In this document: piece after piece, positions 1 to 14,460 of the stretch
How the letters are laid out: every line of letters begins with the position of its first letter
Numbering within the stretch: position 1 is the stretch's first letter
From: the human T2T-CHM13v2.0 reference genome, Homo sapiens
Direction: 5' to 3' (one strand)
DNA: 64,000 nucleotides
Assembly (NCBI RefSeq): GCF_009914755.1
Contig: NC_060933.1
Position numbers and translations under genes: made by a program
Notes under the pieces: generated by a model
Seen by the model: only the letters and a program-made list of their open reading frames with translations
Told to the model about the DNA's origin: nothing
The model's database searches: none

Positions 1-108
1 GGGTTTCACCATATTGGCCAGGCTGGTCTCAAACTCCTGACCTTGTGATCTGCCCGCCTTGGCCTCCCAAAGTGCTGGGATTACAACTGTGAGCCACCAT
101 GCCCAGCC
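1..108 (-). mobile_element. Alu (left arm, cut by window edge)
   Basis: Antisense Alu consensus …cctcccaaagtgctgggattaca…gagccacc. Confidence 0.92.
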
Positions 109-294
109 GGCTCTGTGTTTTAGCCACCTGTGTGAGTCCAAAGTCTCAAGATGTTCTCTGCACATAGTAAATAGTGACTCAATAAATGTTTATAATAGAA
201 TGAATAGGGAATGTGGGCACAGAGGTTCTCTCAACACCCAAGTCATACCACTGCTATCCATCCTTTCTTCCTATCTATGTCCCTTTGACACGTA

Positions 295-487
295 TCTCAA
301 ACTTGGGAGAACATCAAAATCATAGGGTGGGTGCAGAAGGCACCAAGAATAACTGTTAAAAACACATAGCCCTGGTCCCATTCTGCTATGTTCTTATCAG
401 GTAGATCTGGAGTGGGGCCCAGTTATCTGTGTTTTGAACAAGCTCCCCAGGTGAATGCAATACGCACAAACATTTAAGAATCATGGC
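295..487. mobile_element. MER5-type hAT-Charlie MITE relic
   Basis: Characteristic gtagatctggagtggggccca…aacaagctccccaggtga…tttaagaatcatgg. Confidence 0.6.
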
Positions 488-1667
488 TCTATGGCATACT
501 AGTAGTAGAAATTCCTATTTCCTGTGAGGTAGAGAAAATCATCTCTACAAATCTGCTTGCAAAATCTGTTTCAAGAAAAATGAAGCAACTAGACACAGAG
601 GAACCGTCTTGGATTTTAGAAGAAAACCATTTAAGTAGATAGATGGAAATAAAAATACACAATGAATAAGCAGAACTCAAAATTTCTCTGGATTTGACTC
701 AAGTGAATTACAGAGAATTGTCGAAGCAAGGAATAGCATGTTCTGCTTGGAACACTTCCTGTTTTTCTGCAAGGAAAAGCATTCCATGTCCATGACCCAC
801 AATGCTAGAGGCACTGAGGGTTCCTCCTGCTCACAATACTGACCCTTTTTGGGGGCCAGATTCCCCTGGACTTTTCAGAAATTTTCCAAGGCAGGCAATG
901 GGTGATATTGATTCCATGGAGGCACCTACATAAACAAATAGATTTAAAATTTTCTCTTTCTTTCCCTTGACCTATTCCCTCTTTCTGTGCTACTCGGGGC
1001 TCCTCCCTCCCACCTAGACATACCTATTACACTTGGTGGCGTTTTTGGGTGGGAATGAGGCCCAACACTGTCCCACCATTTTTAGTGGAATCAACAAAGA
1101 GATCATCAGCACCTGCCAGTCATTCTAACTCTTCTGTTTCTAATACCGCTGCTAGCCAAATAAGCTACTTCCCACACTAGTTTTAAAATAACCATTGGAT
1201 CTTGGAAGTGACTTAAACCCAAGAGGAAATTTTATATATAATTACCCCAGTGCCTGCCATCTCTAGAATTACAGTGACTCTAGAGAAATGCTAATCAAAC
1301 TGCATTACATGAGATATTTTTAAGCATGGAATATAATACAGGTTGACACATCTGAAAGAAAGTTGTCTCCTCAGGATACCATAAGACACATAAAGCTTTC
1401 TGGAAAAGAGGCAGGAGACATAGGATACTGAGCCCAACTCTACTGCTAACTAGCAGTGAGTCTTTGATCTAGATATATGTGTCTTCTCAGCCTCATATCT
1501 TCATCTCTAAAATAATGAGACTGGACCAAATGATCATTAAGATTCCCTTCAAGCTTTAATGCTCTAGAACAAGTCTACAAAAGAACATGGGTATAGAAGA
1601 GGTATCCCAGGAAGATGTGCATTTTAAAAGAGGACCTATACATTTTTCATTAAAAAAAAAAAATTCA

Positions 1668-1945
1668 GACCTGGCGCGGTGCCTCATGCCTGTAATCCCA
1701 GCACTTTGGTAGGCCAAGACAGACAGATTGTCTAAGCTCAGGAGTTCGAGACCAGCCTGGGCAACATGGCGAAACCCCATCTCTACTAAAAATACAAAAA
1801 ATTAGCCGGGTGTGGTGGCAGTCACCTGTAGTCCCAGCTAATCGGGAGGCTTGCTTGAACCCAGGAGGCGGAGGTTGCAGTGAGCCAAAATTGTGCCACT
1901 TGACTCCAGCCTGGGTGACAGAGTGAGACCCTGTCTCAATTAAAA
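1668..1945 (+). mobile_element. AluS-like with small right-arm deletion, followed by (CA)n at about 1945-1965
   Basis: Dimeric Alu consensus with middle A-rich linker. Confidence 0.93.
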
Positions 1946-3829
1946 CACACACACACACACACACAAAGGAACAGCTTTCTAATGGTAGAATTTCATGAAT
2001 TGCTGCACTCAAGACTCTGAGGTGTCCTTCTAGGAACCCCTCCAATCAGACTACCCAAAAGTGATCCCCCCAGCTGCTGAATATCTCTTGAGGTTTGTTT
2101 GATTAATACATAAGAAATACTGAGACATTAGAGTACAGTAATCAAGCATCGGTGAATGAATAATCTGCCATTTGAAGAAGGAAAATTTTCTCTGGGTTAT
2201 AAATAATGCACAGTTAAATGTTTTTACAGGGGCAGGCAACTGCTACCTTTTATAATATCACTTCCAGCCACTAGGGCTTAGAGAGAATACCTGTTTAGTG
2301 GACAGATTTGCTCAAGACAGAACATAAAAACTACTTAGGTATAGTGTAAGATACACCATGACCCTAAGCGGTAGAGATGCGGAATCTGGACTTAGCAGGA
2401 AGTGGGGATTTAGCAGTGGTAGTGTTATCAATAGATTCCAGAGCTGATCAAGCAAGGCAGAGGTAGGAATCAATAGCTGCATCAGCAAGATGCTGCAGGT
2501 CCTGCTGATTTCTCAGAAATTGTGTTCTGCAGAAGACAGGTCAGCACTATGGTGAATCAGATAGTCCTTGAGGCCACTGCAGAGTCAAGGTATTGATGAC
2601 TCTGGGCACAAGAATGCAGGCTGACCCCAAGGACAGGACAGCCAGTTAGAGAACCAAGCATTCTCTTTGAAGATGGCCAAAGAGAAGGAAAAGGGAAGAG
2701 CAGGTGGAAGAGTCCACTCTTAAAGCTCATGGACATGTTCCAAGGTGGGAATTCTTTGTAGGCAGGGAGGGTGTCATGAGCAAGAAGGTGAACCACAGTG
2801 CTGTTATGAAGAAGCGATTGCCCTCTTGGCTTCATTTTTCTCATCTAGAGTCAGGTCGCTTCTATCTGTGCAATGAAAAGTTGCTTAGAGAGGACCACAG
2901 AAGACCCACTGTCCAGAGAGCTCTTGAATCCTTAGAGAGAAGCTCTGTTGACTATTCACTAAGAGATGTGGGCTAGATCACCAACTTCAGAAAACTTAGA
3001 GTTCAGTAAAGATTTCTGAGGAGGGGTAAGAATATTACGTAGTCTTTAGAGATTTTCTTCCTTTATGATCTGTAAAATCTGCAAGGACAAGGTATTCATT
3101 CTCCTGGGTTAATTGGTTTTGTGGCAGGTACCATTAGGATTAGAGCATTTCTTAAGCTGTCTTCTAAAACTTAAAAAAATCCTACTACTTTGTCCTGACA
3201 ACCCCCACCTACTCACCCAAAAGCAATCTGAATTACAAGGAATTACTCTTATTTTAAAGTGTATATTATTAAATACATAATTATACAAAGACTTCCCTTC
3301 TAGTCCTTTCCATCACCAAACTGTTTTACCAGCAAACAAAATTAGGAGTTAGAAAGTATTTTTTTGTTTTGTTTTCCACTTGAACTAATGATAAAATCTT
3401 ACATTGGAATAGCTTTACAGAATATACTAACCAAATCCATAGCTTTTACCCCAGTCGACCCTCACAACCATGATGAAAAGTGAGTCAGGAAGCCTGTGCA
3501 TAGGAAAGCATTTTCCAAAGTGTGTTCCAGTGAGCACTAGTAAACAGTTTGAAAGATATTGAGTTTAACAATGTTTAAACACATGGCCACATCACAGGCC
3601 CTCTCAGATGCTTCATGTTAGTTCACTGTAAATCTCCACGTGTATGTGGTCTGTATGAGAGAGACAGAGAAAGAAAACAGACAGAAAGAGATGTTTTGCA
3701 AACTTATTTGATCATAAAACCATTTTTCCATTGCATATCTTATGTAATACATGTTGGGGCCATCTGCACACCCCGATTTTGTTAAGACACAATGAATGTC
3801 TACAGCAAACTTTTAGCTATGCTATACTC

Positions 3830-4230
3830 AACAACATTTGACAAATGTTTACTCAACATCAGTGAACAAATATTTACTGAACACCACAGCAGATATAAAG
3901 CAAACCAGGAGATATTAGCAAAATAGATTAAAACCTCTGCTTTTATGTAGCTTATATTCTAATGAGGAACAAGGAAATAAACTAAATAAATGAAATGTGT
4001 AACATATCAAATAGAGATGAATATTAAGAAGAAAAAAATAACAGGGAAAAGTAATTGTGTGTGTGTGTGTCTTGGAAAGGGAACAATATTTTCAATAAGG
4101 TGACCAAAGAAGCCTCCTTGGAATGATAGTTAAGTAAGGCCCCAAAGGAAGTGCGGGAGGGTTTGTTGCACATTTGGAAGAGAAGCATTCTCAGCAAAGG
4201 GTACAGCAAAGACCCTGAGGTGGAGGTATA
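3830..4230. mobile_element. L2 relic
   Basis: caaatatttactga…, then aaggtgacc…agcattctcagcaaagggtacagcaaagaccctgagg, typical of L2 3' regions. Confidence 0.55.
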
Positions 4231-4259
4231 TCAAAAAAGAAGATCTGAAATCTGATTAA

Positions 4260-4660
<401 letters not shown>

Positions 4661-4734
4661 AGAGGCCTGTCATTTTTTAAAGCCATCCATGTTTTAAGTA
4701 CACATAATTCACAATTCCTGTACTTCACTGTGAG

Positions 4735-5772
4735 GAATCAAAGTCCTTCATTTGTGGTCCTCAGACCGCAGGGGGGTCCCTGGGTAACTTTGAGAAGGTC
4801 TGTGAAGTCAAATCTATTTTCATGAAAATTAGAAGACACTATTTGCCTTTTTTGCTGTGTAGACATTTGTACTGATGGCTTTTTTGCTGGGTAGACGTCT
4901 GCACAAAAGCAGTGGTGAGTAAAACTGCCAGAGCCTTAATCTATCAAATTATGCTAGTAGTCACTGTACTCTTCACAGCTGTGACCTCACAGGACCAAAA
5001 TTGCTAGTTTCACTTGTGAATTTCCTCAATGAAACATTAAAAAATAAATTAATTTAATTAAATCCCAAACCTTGAGTACACACATATTTTTTAATACTCT
5101 GTGATCAAATGGGAAGTACGCATAAAGCATGTCTTTTGCATTTTGAAGACGAAGCATTATCTAGAAGTAAAAGCAATTGTGCGATTATTTGAATTGTGAG
5201 CTGAACTAGCTGCTGCTCACTAAGATGTATTTGTTTTGGAAAATATAGTTATTTTAAATAAAATGTTATTTTGTTAACATGAAACATGTTTATGTTATTT
5301 TTAACAAATTAAAAAATAAATAATTTTTTCCCATTTTTCATTTCTAATATGGTAAATATTGATAAATATAACACACACAAATAGAAGCTCTGGGACATCC
5401 TTGTTAATTTTTTTTTTTTTTTTTTTGAGACGGAGTCTCGCTCTATCGCCCAGGCTGGAGTGCAGTTGTGTGGTCTAGACTCACTGCAACCTCCACCTCC
5501 CTCCCCCTGGGTTCAAGCGATTTTTCTTCTTCAGCCTCCCAAGTACCTGGGACTACAGGCGTGCGCCACCATACCCAGCTAATTTTTGTATTTTTAGTAG
5601 AGACAGGGTTTCACCATATTGGCCAGGCTGGTCTCGAACTCCTGACCTCGTGATCCACCCGCCTTGGCCTCCCAAAGTGCTGTGATTACAGGCGTGAGCC
5701 ACCGAGCCTGGCTTCCTCATTAATTTTTAAGAGTGGAAAGGGATCTAAGACCAAAACGTTTGAGAAGCACTA
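4735..5772. mobile_element. hAT Charlie1-like DNA transposon relic, interrupted by an Alu
   Basis: Left end tgtggtcctcagacc…gtcaaatctattttcat; right end aagagtggaaagggatctaagaccaaaacgtttgagaagcact. Confidence 0.6.
5408..5712 (-). mobile_element. AluS
   Basis: Poly-T followed by a full antisense Alu. Confidence 0.94.
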
Positions 5773-5849
5773 TACTAATAAAATAATAAAAATGCCATGC
5801 ATGGGGTTGTTTATGAGTATATATGAGTAAGTACACACATATATATGTT

Positions 5850-6490
<641 letters not shown>

Positions 6491-6852
6491 TAATATATTT
6501 ATTTTTAATTTATTAATCTTCACCTATTCTTTCAAGGGTAAATGTGATTTCTGGTAAGAAAAATCTCTCTAATCTAATGTGGATATATGAGTATGTGTTT
6601 ATAAGGTAATATTTTTCTCAAAGCATACATAGTATATTTACAGATTTCGTGTACAAATTTATTTTTGATTATAGGGTAAGTCCATGAAAAAATTATGAGG
6701 CAACTCCCCCAAATACTAAGGTAAACATTCACCTCATATATGATGATTATAATTACCATTCTCATCACCAAGCATGTAAAGTGCTTAGCTGTAAATGGTA
6801 GGAAATATTATTCATTTTGTAACATTTCCTAATAAAATATGTGTTTGCACAC

Positions 6853-7278
6853 TGTATTAGGCCGTTCTTGCATTGCTATGAAAAAACACTTGAGACTGGT
6901 AAAGAAGTTTAATTGGCTCACATTTCTGCAGGCTGTACAGGAAGCATGATGCTGGCATCTGCTCAGCTTCCAGGGAGGCCTCAGGAAATTTCTAATCAAG
7001 GTGGAAGGCAAGGTGGGTGGAAAGAAAGCGGGGAGCAAAGCGTCTCACATGGTGGGAACAGGAGCAAGAGAGAGAGAGGGGAGGTGCTACAGACTTTAAA
7101 AGGACCAAATCTCATGAGAACACACTCACTATCACAGGAGCCGTACCAGGGGATGGTACTAAACCATTCATGAGAAATCTGCCCCCATGATCCAATCACT
7201 TCCCACCAGGCACCCCCTCCAACAATGGGGATTACAATTCCACACGAAATTGGTGGGGACACATATCCAAACCAGGTC
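6853..7278 (-). mobile_element. MST-type MaLR solo LTR
   Basis: tgtattaggccgttcttgcattgctat…ggggacacatatccaaacc…ca termini. Confidence 0.85.
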
Positions 7279-10200
7279 ACGCATGGAGGTAATTTTTGTT
7301 TACTTGGGGTTTTTGGTTTAGAGGAAATGAGTAGTTTGGTACAGTGGGAGATAAAAATAATTTAGAGGCAGGAGGGCTGCAACCAAGCCCAGAGCTGCTC
7401 TTTATTAGGTATAGTACTTTCAGCAGCTCACTTCCTCTTTCAGGCCTCAGTTTTCTTTCTTTCAGGCCTCAATTTTCTCAACTAGGTGGTTGCCTTTCCA
7501 AGCTTTTGTATACGTGACTCCATTTACCAAGAATCATTCACATACCATCTTTGTGGTTTTTGCCCTGGCCATAGATCCCCTGTATTATTTGCTCACATTT
7601 TAGTTGACTCACTTTTACATATAGCAAAATTGTTTCACAAAAACTACATTGTCACTATTAAATACAGAAAGCCAGTGTCAGTTGCAAATAGAAAAAACCT
7701 CGAGTCGTCCAAGAATCCATCTTACTCCCCACAGTAAAAAAACATCGCACCTTTCGGGTTCAACCTTGAACAACCACTTTCATGAATTAATAAGCTGAGG
7801 GATTGATTACTTCTAGAAGTTAAGATTCATTATTTGTTCTCTCTACCTTGGAAAAGCTGGTAGAAATGTCTGCAGCTTTGGATACCAAACTAACCATGTA
7901 GCACTTAGCAGAGCTTTGGGATAACAGATAAGTGACATTTAGCCTGGGGCTTGTTTTGAACAGGAGAAACTGGGTAAATTCAGGAAGCACAAAATTCTCC
8001 AAATAGTTACAATATGGCTCCTGAGTAGTTCAAACAATGGTACCACATTTCCATTATACTGCCTCTTGGACTCTTTGTAATGAGAGGAATTTCAGACACA
8101 AGGAGGCACTTGACTGACGCCTGACTCCCTTTTTCTTGGGTGCAGACGTTATTCCAGGAAAATGCATCATCTTCTCTACTACTTATACTGTGGAGATTTG
8201 CAAACTGACAAAAGTGGCCCCACCCTTTATCTGTGCCCCTTCCATGTGACGTTGTTGCTCCTCTCATCAAGAGAAGTCTCTTTCTCCATCCCTTGAATCT
8301 AGACTTGCCTTGTGACTTGCTTTGGCCAATGGATGGGAGAGTGGCTCATAGAGTGTCTAAGAAAATTAAAACAGTATATGAGACATGCTTAGCCCAGTGC
8401 CTGGCACATAGTAAGTCCTGGTTAAATGGTAGCAATTATCACTGAGAGTGTGTATGCAATAAACAGCAAAGACTAGGAATGCCTTGTCTGTTCCAGGGGC
8501 TTTGGTCTCATGTTTGTTTCCCTCTCCCTTCTCTCCTCTCTCCATTTGCCTATTCTGGTTGGGCCCAGATGTAACCAGTTGATGGTTTATCCTGCTGAAA
8601 GGCTTGCACAAAGCACACTTGGGTTATAGTTCCTAAGGAAGTGGTGATTAACTGTTCCATCCCTGGTTTCACTGCAACCCAAATAACCCCACCCTAGAGC
8701 TAAGGAAATTTACAACATAATCGGGTGGGGGCTCGTTTAATCTAAAATATCCCTTCTGGGTAAATTTAAACCCACACTGAAGAACTAGAAAAATAGCCAC
8801 AGTGTACTGAGCGTCATTGGCTAAGTGCTTCAAATGCATTTAATCTTCACAACAAACTTCTGAACCCCAAATATGGATTGTATACTATCCTCGTATTTTA
8901 ACAGATGAGAAAACTAAGACTTGGAGATGTAAATAATATGTCTGATTGACTAAGACTTAGAGATTAAATCATATGCCTTATTGGCCTAATAAACCAAGGA
9001 CTTTATGTGCACAGTGCTGCAAGAAAAATACATAAGAACTGATTCTTGTTCCCCAACTTTCCACTGCCAGTGATCTCTTTCATTTTCTCCTTTCTCTGTG
9101 GACTCCATGTCTTAAAAGTTTTTATTTCCCATTGAACGGCATTACTAGTTTTAAAATATTAAAATGGATCCCTGCATGGGAGATCTCAAAATCCTGGAGT
9201 CCCTAGTTTGGAACAGTTGAACTAACACTGCCTCCTTGTTTTGCAATTAAAGAAACAGGATTCCAGAAAAGGCCAGTTATTTGCTAAGGTAACACAGCTC
9301 CTACTTAGAAAGGAAAGCACTAAAGCCCACCTCTCATTATTCCCTGGAGCCATTACTTTTTCCATGACATATTTCTGCTTCTGGAACATGGCACCAGCCA
9401 CAGGGACAATTTGGAACCTAACCACCAGTAAGAGGAAACAGAAACAGAATCACTGAAGAGGTGTGTCTGGTTTTCACAGCGGCCAATCTGTGTGTGCCAC
9501 ACCTTTCACCATAGAGGTTATTTACCCAAAGGGAAGGAGTAAGGAGCTCCCCACTTTGAAACCATGCAGAATAAAGGGGGAAAAAAATCAAATACATTTT
9601 TAAAGATAGATGAACTCCAAAGCAGATTTAAAATATGTGTAAAACTCATTCACATATTACTTGACTAGGCGGCTTCATATGAAGATATAATGGTGTGTGC
9701 TGAGAGGGACACCAAACTAGGCCATTCTTCCTTTCAATTTAGGGTTTGTTTTATAAGATGACATAATGCCTTCTAGCTTGGTGCTATAAAGGCTGAAAAA
9801 GTGAAAGAAAGTTTCATGCAATAAATGAGACAAGGTGAATTTGAGAGTCAGGTGAGATCTTGCCCAGGGAAAATTGGGGCTCAAGATCTCTCACCCCATT
9901 CCTAGGCACCCACTAAGTCCTGATTACCTGGGTCTACCAGGACAGCTGAAAGGAAATAGGAAAGGGGAAGGAAAACAACCATTAATGTCTACAGAGCATC
10001 TACTTCCTACATGATAAACAGTGGACTAGGATTTAGAAGAAATGAACAGACTTACTCTTCAGAGCGGCAACCCCCGGTGACAGGCTGACTGTGTCAAAGG
10101 GCAGCAAAGTACGATGGCTATGCATGTAGACTTTGGAGTTCGACTGCTTGGGTTCAAAACCTGACTCCACCCCTTCCTGCCTTTGTGAGTATAGCTAGTT

Positions 10201-10295
10201 ACTCACCCCTCTCTACCTCAGTTTCCCCATGTGCAAAATGGGGATAACAGTACCTACCAAATAGGGCTTTTATGAAAATAAAATTATTTAGTGAA

Positions 10296-10327
10296 TTTTT
10301 TTTTATTATACTTTAAGTTTTAGGGTA
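10296..10327 (-). mobile_element. About 32-bp L1PA 3'-terminal stub
   Basis: tttttttttattatactttaagttttagggta matches the L1PA terminus at 60181-60211. Confidence 0.75.
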
Positions 10328-10344
10328 AAGAATCTATGCAATGC

Positions 10345-10650
<306 letters not shown>

Positions 10651-11949
10651 AGAATTTATGCAATGCTCTTACACGTGATCATGATGAATAAATATTACAT
10701 AGCATTACATTTATGAATAAACCAAGACCCAAAGAGGTTAAGGAACATACCCAAGTTCACACAGCTGAGAAGTAACTGAACTTGACATTCTAATTCCACG
10801 ACCCTTGTTCTTTTCCTTTCACCTTAAGGCTCTCAGGCTCAGCTGATGGGATGTGAAACAAAAACAGTTGTCAGGCCAGAAGCCTCATTATGTTCACTAG
10901 TAAACACCCCACACAGCAGTAACCTGCATAGCTTTACCCATTTCTACCAGGACTTGTCCCTTGAAGCCAAGCCACTGACTTCCGGACAGAAGCCTGGAGG
11001 CCTCTCCTTTCTGCCCTTGCTTGGAATTTCCCAGCAAACCACACAACTTCCCCACCCAAACAAGCCCCAAATGCACTGTGTTCACCTAATAAACCAAGAA
11101 CTTTATGTAACATATTTTAAAGGATTTTCACTCCACACAATGACTGAAGCGGGTGAACACACAACCTAAAAATTAATGTCTTTAAGAGAAATTGTGGCTA
11201 GTTTTTTCAAGAGGCCAGAAATTTAAGCCCCTACTTTCTGGGTTAATTTTGGTTTTATTTATTTATCTTAATAAATACATATTTAACTCAGGAACATAAA
11301 TCTGATTATCTATTGACTCTAAAACTGGTGGTTTGGGGATTCCCAATATGTTTTCCAGGGGTTGAGATATCACAGTAGTAGAAATCATCCTCATCATTAG
11401 AGCACTCACTCAAAAATTCTGATTATGTGCCAGACATAGTCTAAGAGCTTTACATATGCTGTCTAACTTTATCTTCAGAATCCCTTATGAAGGAGCGTCT
11501 TTTGTTAGTCCCAATTTATATTTCTTATATTGGGAAGAAACTAAAGCACAGAGAATTTAAAAGATCTTCCAGGCAGTCATATTCCATAAATGCTTCCCTG
11601 GTGACCTAAAGGAATTCACCTAGCTTCCCCAAACTCCTAACTTGGGACATAGATGCAGCCTGAAGTCATCCCAAATGAAAACAACCCCTGCTCAACCCTC
11701 ATCTGAAGGCATAAGAGATGACTAAATAGCTACTGGAGATTTTCATTAATTGAAACTGTCCCCCAAATCTCCTATTTTTTAAGGTTTTTAATTGGTCACA
11801 ATCTACCCATTGATATGGCCATCAACAGAATACAAGTGTGGTTCTGTTCAGTGTCCACCAGATGGTGAATGCTAGCTCTCACCACGTAGCAGATTGCAAT
11901 ATTACTTCTAATTATTAACTTTCCTTCCTGTAAATGACAATAATCCGTC

Positions 11950-12335
11950 CCTGCACGGTGCCATAAAACTTTCAGTGCCTGCCCATGGGCAGAGTATACT
12001 TCCCACCCCACTGCTATTGGGCTTGGCCATGTAACTTGCTTGCTGTGGCTGATGAAGAGAAAGTGGAAGTGGCTCATTCCATTTCTGAGCAGAAGCTTTA
12101 AGAACGATTACTGGAGCCTACCAACTCCCTAACTCTCTTCTTCTACCCATGAGAGCAGCATATCCCAGACAGCTGTTGCTCCTTTTGCCTACATTTCAGA
12201 ATGCAGAAGGCACTTGGAGCCACAGCTAACCCTCAGCAACTTGTAACATGAGCAGGAAATAGACCTTTAATGCTGAAAGCCACCGACATTGGGGATTTTT
12301 GCTACCACGGCATAACCTAGTGAAAGACAGTTGAT
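11950..12335 (+). mobile_element. Old MLT1 LTR relic
   Basis: gggcttggccatgtaacttgctt…agccaccgacattggggatttttgctaccacggcataacctag. Confidence 0.65.
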
Positions 12336-12743
12336 AAAGAACCGCACCTAAAATGATTCCTAAAACCTCTATGATGCCTGCTGACCATCCCCAAGCTAAA
12401 CAAAGTTCCACAAACCACTCCGGGCTCCCCACTATGTTAAGAGAAACAGAATTCTGTGTTAAGGGAAAAGGAATAGAAAAGCACAAAAGGGCAGTAGGAA
12501 ATGAAGCATGAACCAAGAACACATCAGAGAAGCACAGTGACTAAGCAACAGCCATGAACAAAGGAAGAAAGGCATGAATAATAAAGGAGGACCATAAATA
12601 ACTAAGCACCACATGGAACCACGCACCACTAACAATAGGGCCGGTGGGGACAAGAAAGCAAACGCGAAGGCCATCCAGTCACAAGGACTTCTGGGAAGAT
12701 GGCATCAAATAAAGAGAAGAAACATTTTAAATAATTTAGATAT

Positions 12744-13062
<319 letters not shown>

Positions 13063-13284
13063 TTAGATAAAGAGAGAAAGAGACCAAAAGGTGTTGAGGG
13101 GAACTGTGAATGGTTTTGTCTTAAAAGAAAGAAAAGTTTCATTCCAACATTAAGTTTTCTGTAGGGCGAGTGGTGTGCTTTCCTCCTCCTGAGATCATTC
13201 AAAGAGCTCAGTCAGAAGCTCTGCACTCCCTAAAAGACTGCCAGTTCCTTCAGTTCTCTTCTACTTCTCCCTCCAGCCTGTTAA

Positions 13285-13601
<317 letters not shown>

Positions 13602-13791
13602 GTTTTAACGTATTTATGGTCCTTCCTTGCTGCCAGGCACTGTGAAGTCACAAGGCCCTGTGTTTTGTATGAGAAAAGCATAAGGGATATGAAGAAATTT
13701 TAATACATATTAGAAATATGTATTGCATGCAGGGCCTGTTTTATGGGTCATTAGAACCCATGGCTCTCTGCATGGTGGCGTGACTGCAGAT

Positions 13792-14067
13792 TTTTTTTTT
13801 GAGACAGAGTTTAGGCTGGAGTGCAGTGGTATGATCTTGGCTCACTACAACCTCGACCTCCTAGGCTCAAGCAATCCTCTTGCCTCAGCCCCCCAAGTAG
13901 CTGAGACTACAGGTGCACACCACTAAGCCCAGCTACTTTTTGATTTTTAGTAGAAACGAGGTCTCGCTAAGTTGACCTGGCTGGTCTCAAACTCCTGTGC
14001 TCCAGTGATCTTCCCGCCTCAGCCTCCCGAAGTGTTGGGATTACAGGTGTGACCCACCTCGTCTGGC
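13792..14067 (-). mobile_element. AluJ
   Basis: ggctcaagcaatcctcttgcc and gaggtctcgct AluJ diagnostics. Confidence 0.9.
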
Positions 14068-14289
14068 CAAAAAGATTCTTTTTTCCTCCCAAACCAATGA
14101 TCTTACCTGAAATACAGTAGCAACAGACGCGGCACATCAGGCGTCTCACCACAATGTGATTGCAGCAAGGCCACACCTCCTCGGGGGGAAGCATGCCACT
14201 TCCACTGCAGGGCACCTTCTCCCAGCTGTGCAGCCCCCTCAGATTCTAATGCACCGCTCCTGCCTCCTGGCTCATCAATGCTCTGGACA

Positions 14290-14460
14290 CTCACTACTCA
14301 GATTTGTGGGCTCTGGGGGACAGCAGCATTGCCATCTCCTGAGAGCCTGTTAGAAGTGCAAAATCCCGGGTTCTACCCCAAAGTGTACTGAATCAGAGTC
14401 CGCCTTTCAGCGAGATTCCCAGGTGACTCCAATAGGCATTAAAGTTTAAATAGCGCTGCC
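14290..14460. mobile_element. MER5A
   Basis: cagcagcattgccatctcctgagagcctgttagaagtgcaaa…tactgaatcaga…attaaagttt. Confidence 0.75.

Noticed and set aside
7436-8983. Short tandem duplications (22-bp at 7436-7477; about 36-bp diverged at 8913-8983)
   Set aside because: Two-copy slippage duplications within MIR-like DNA; not arrays and no sign of function.
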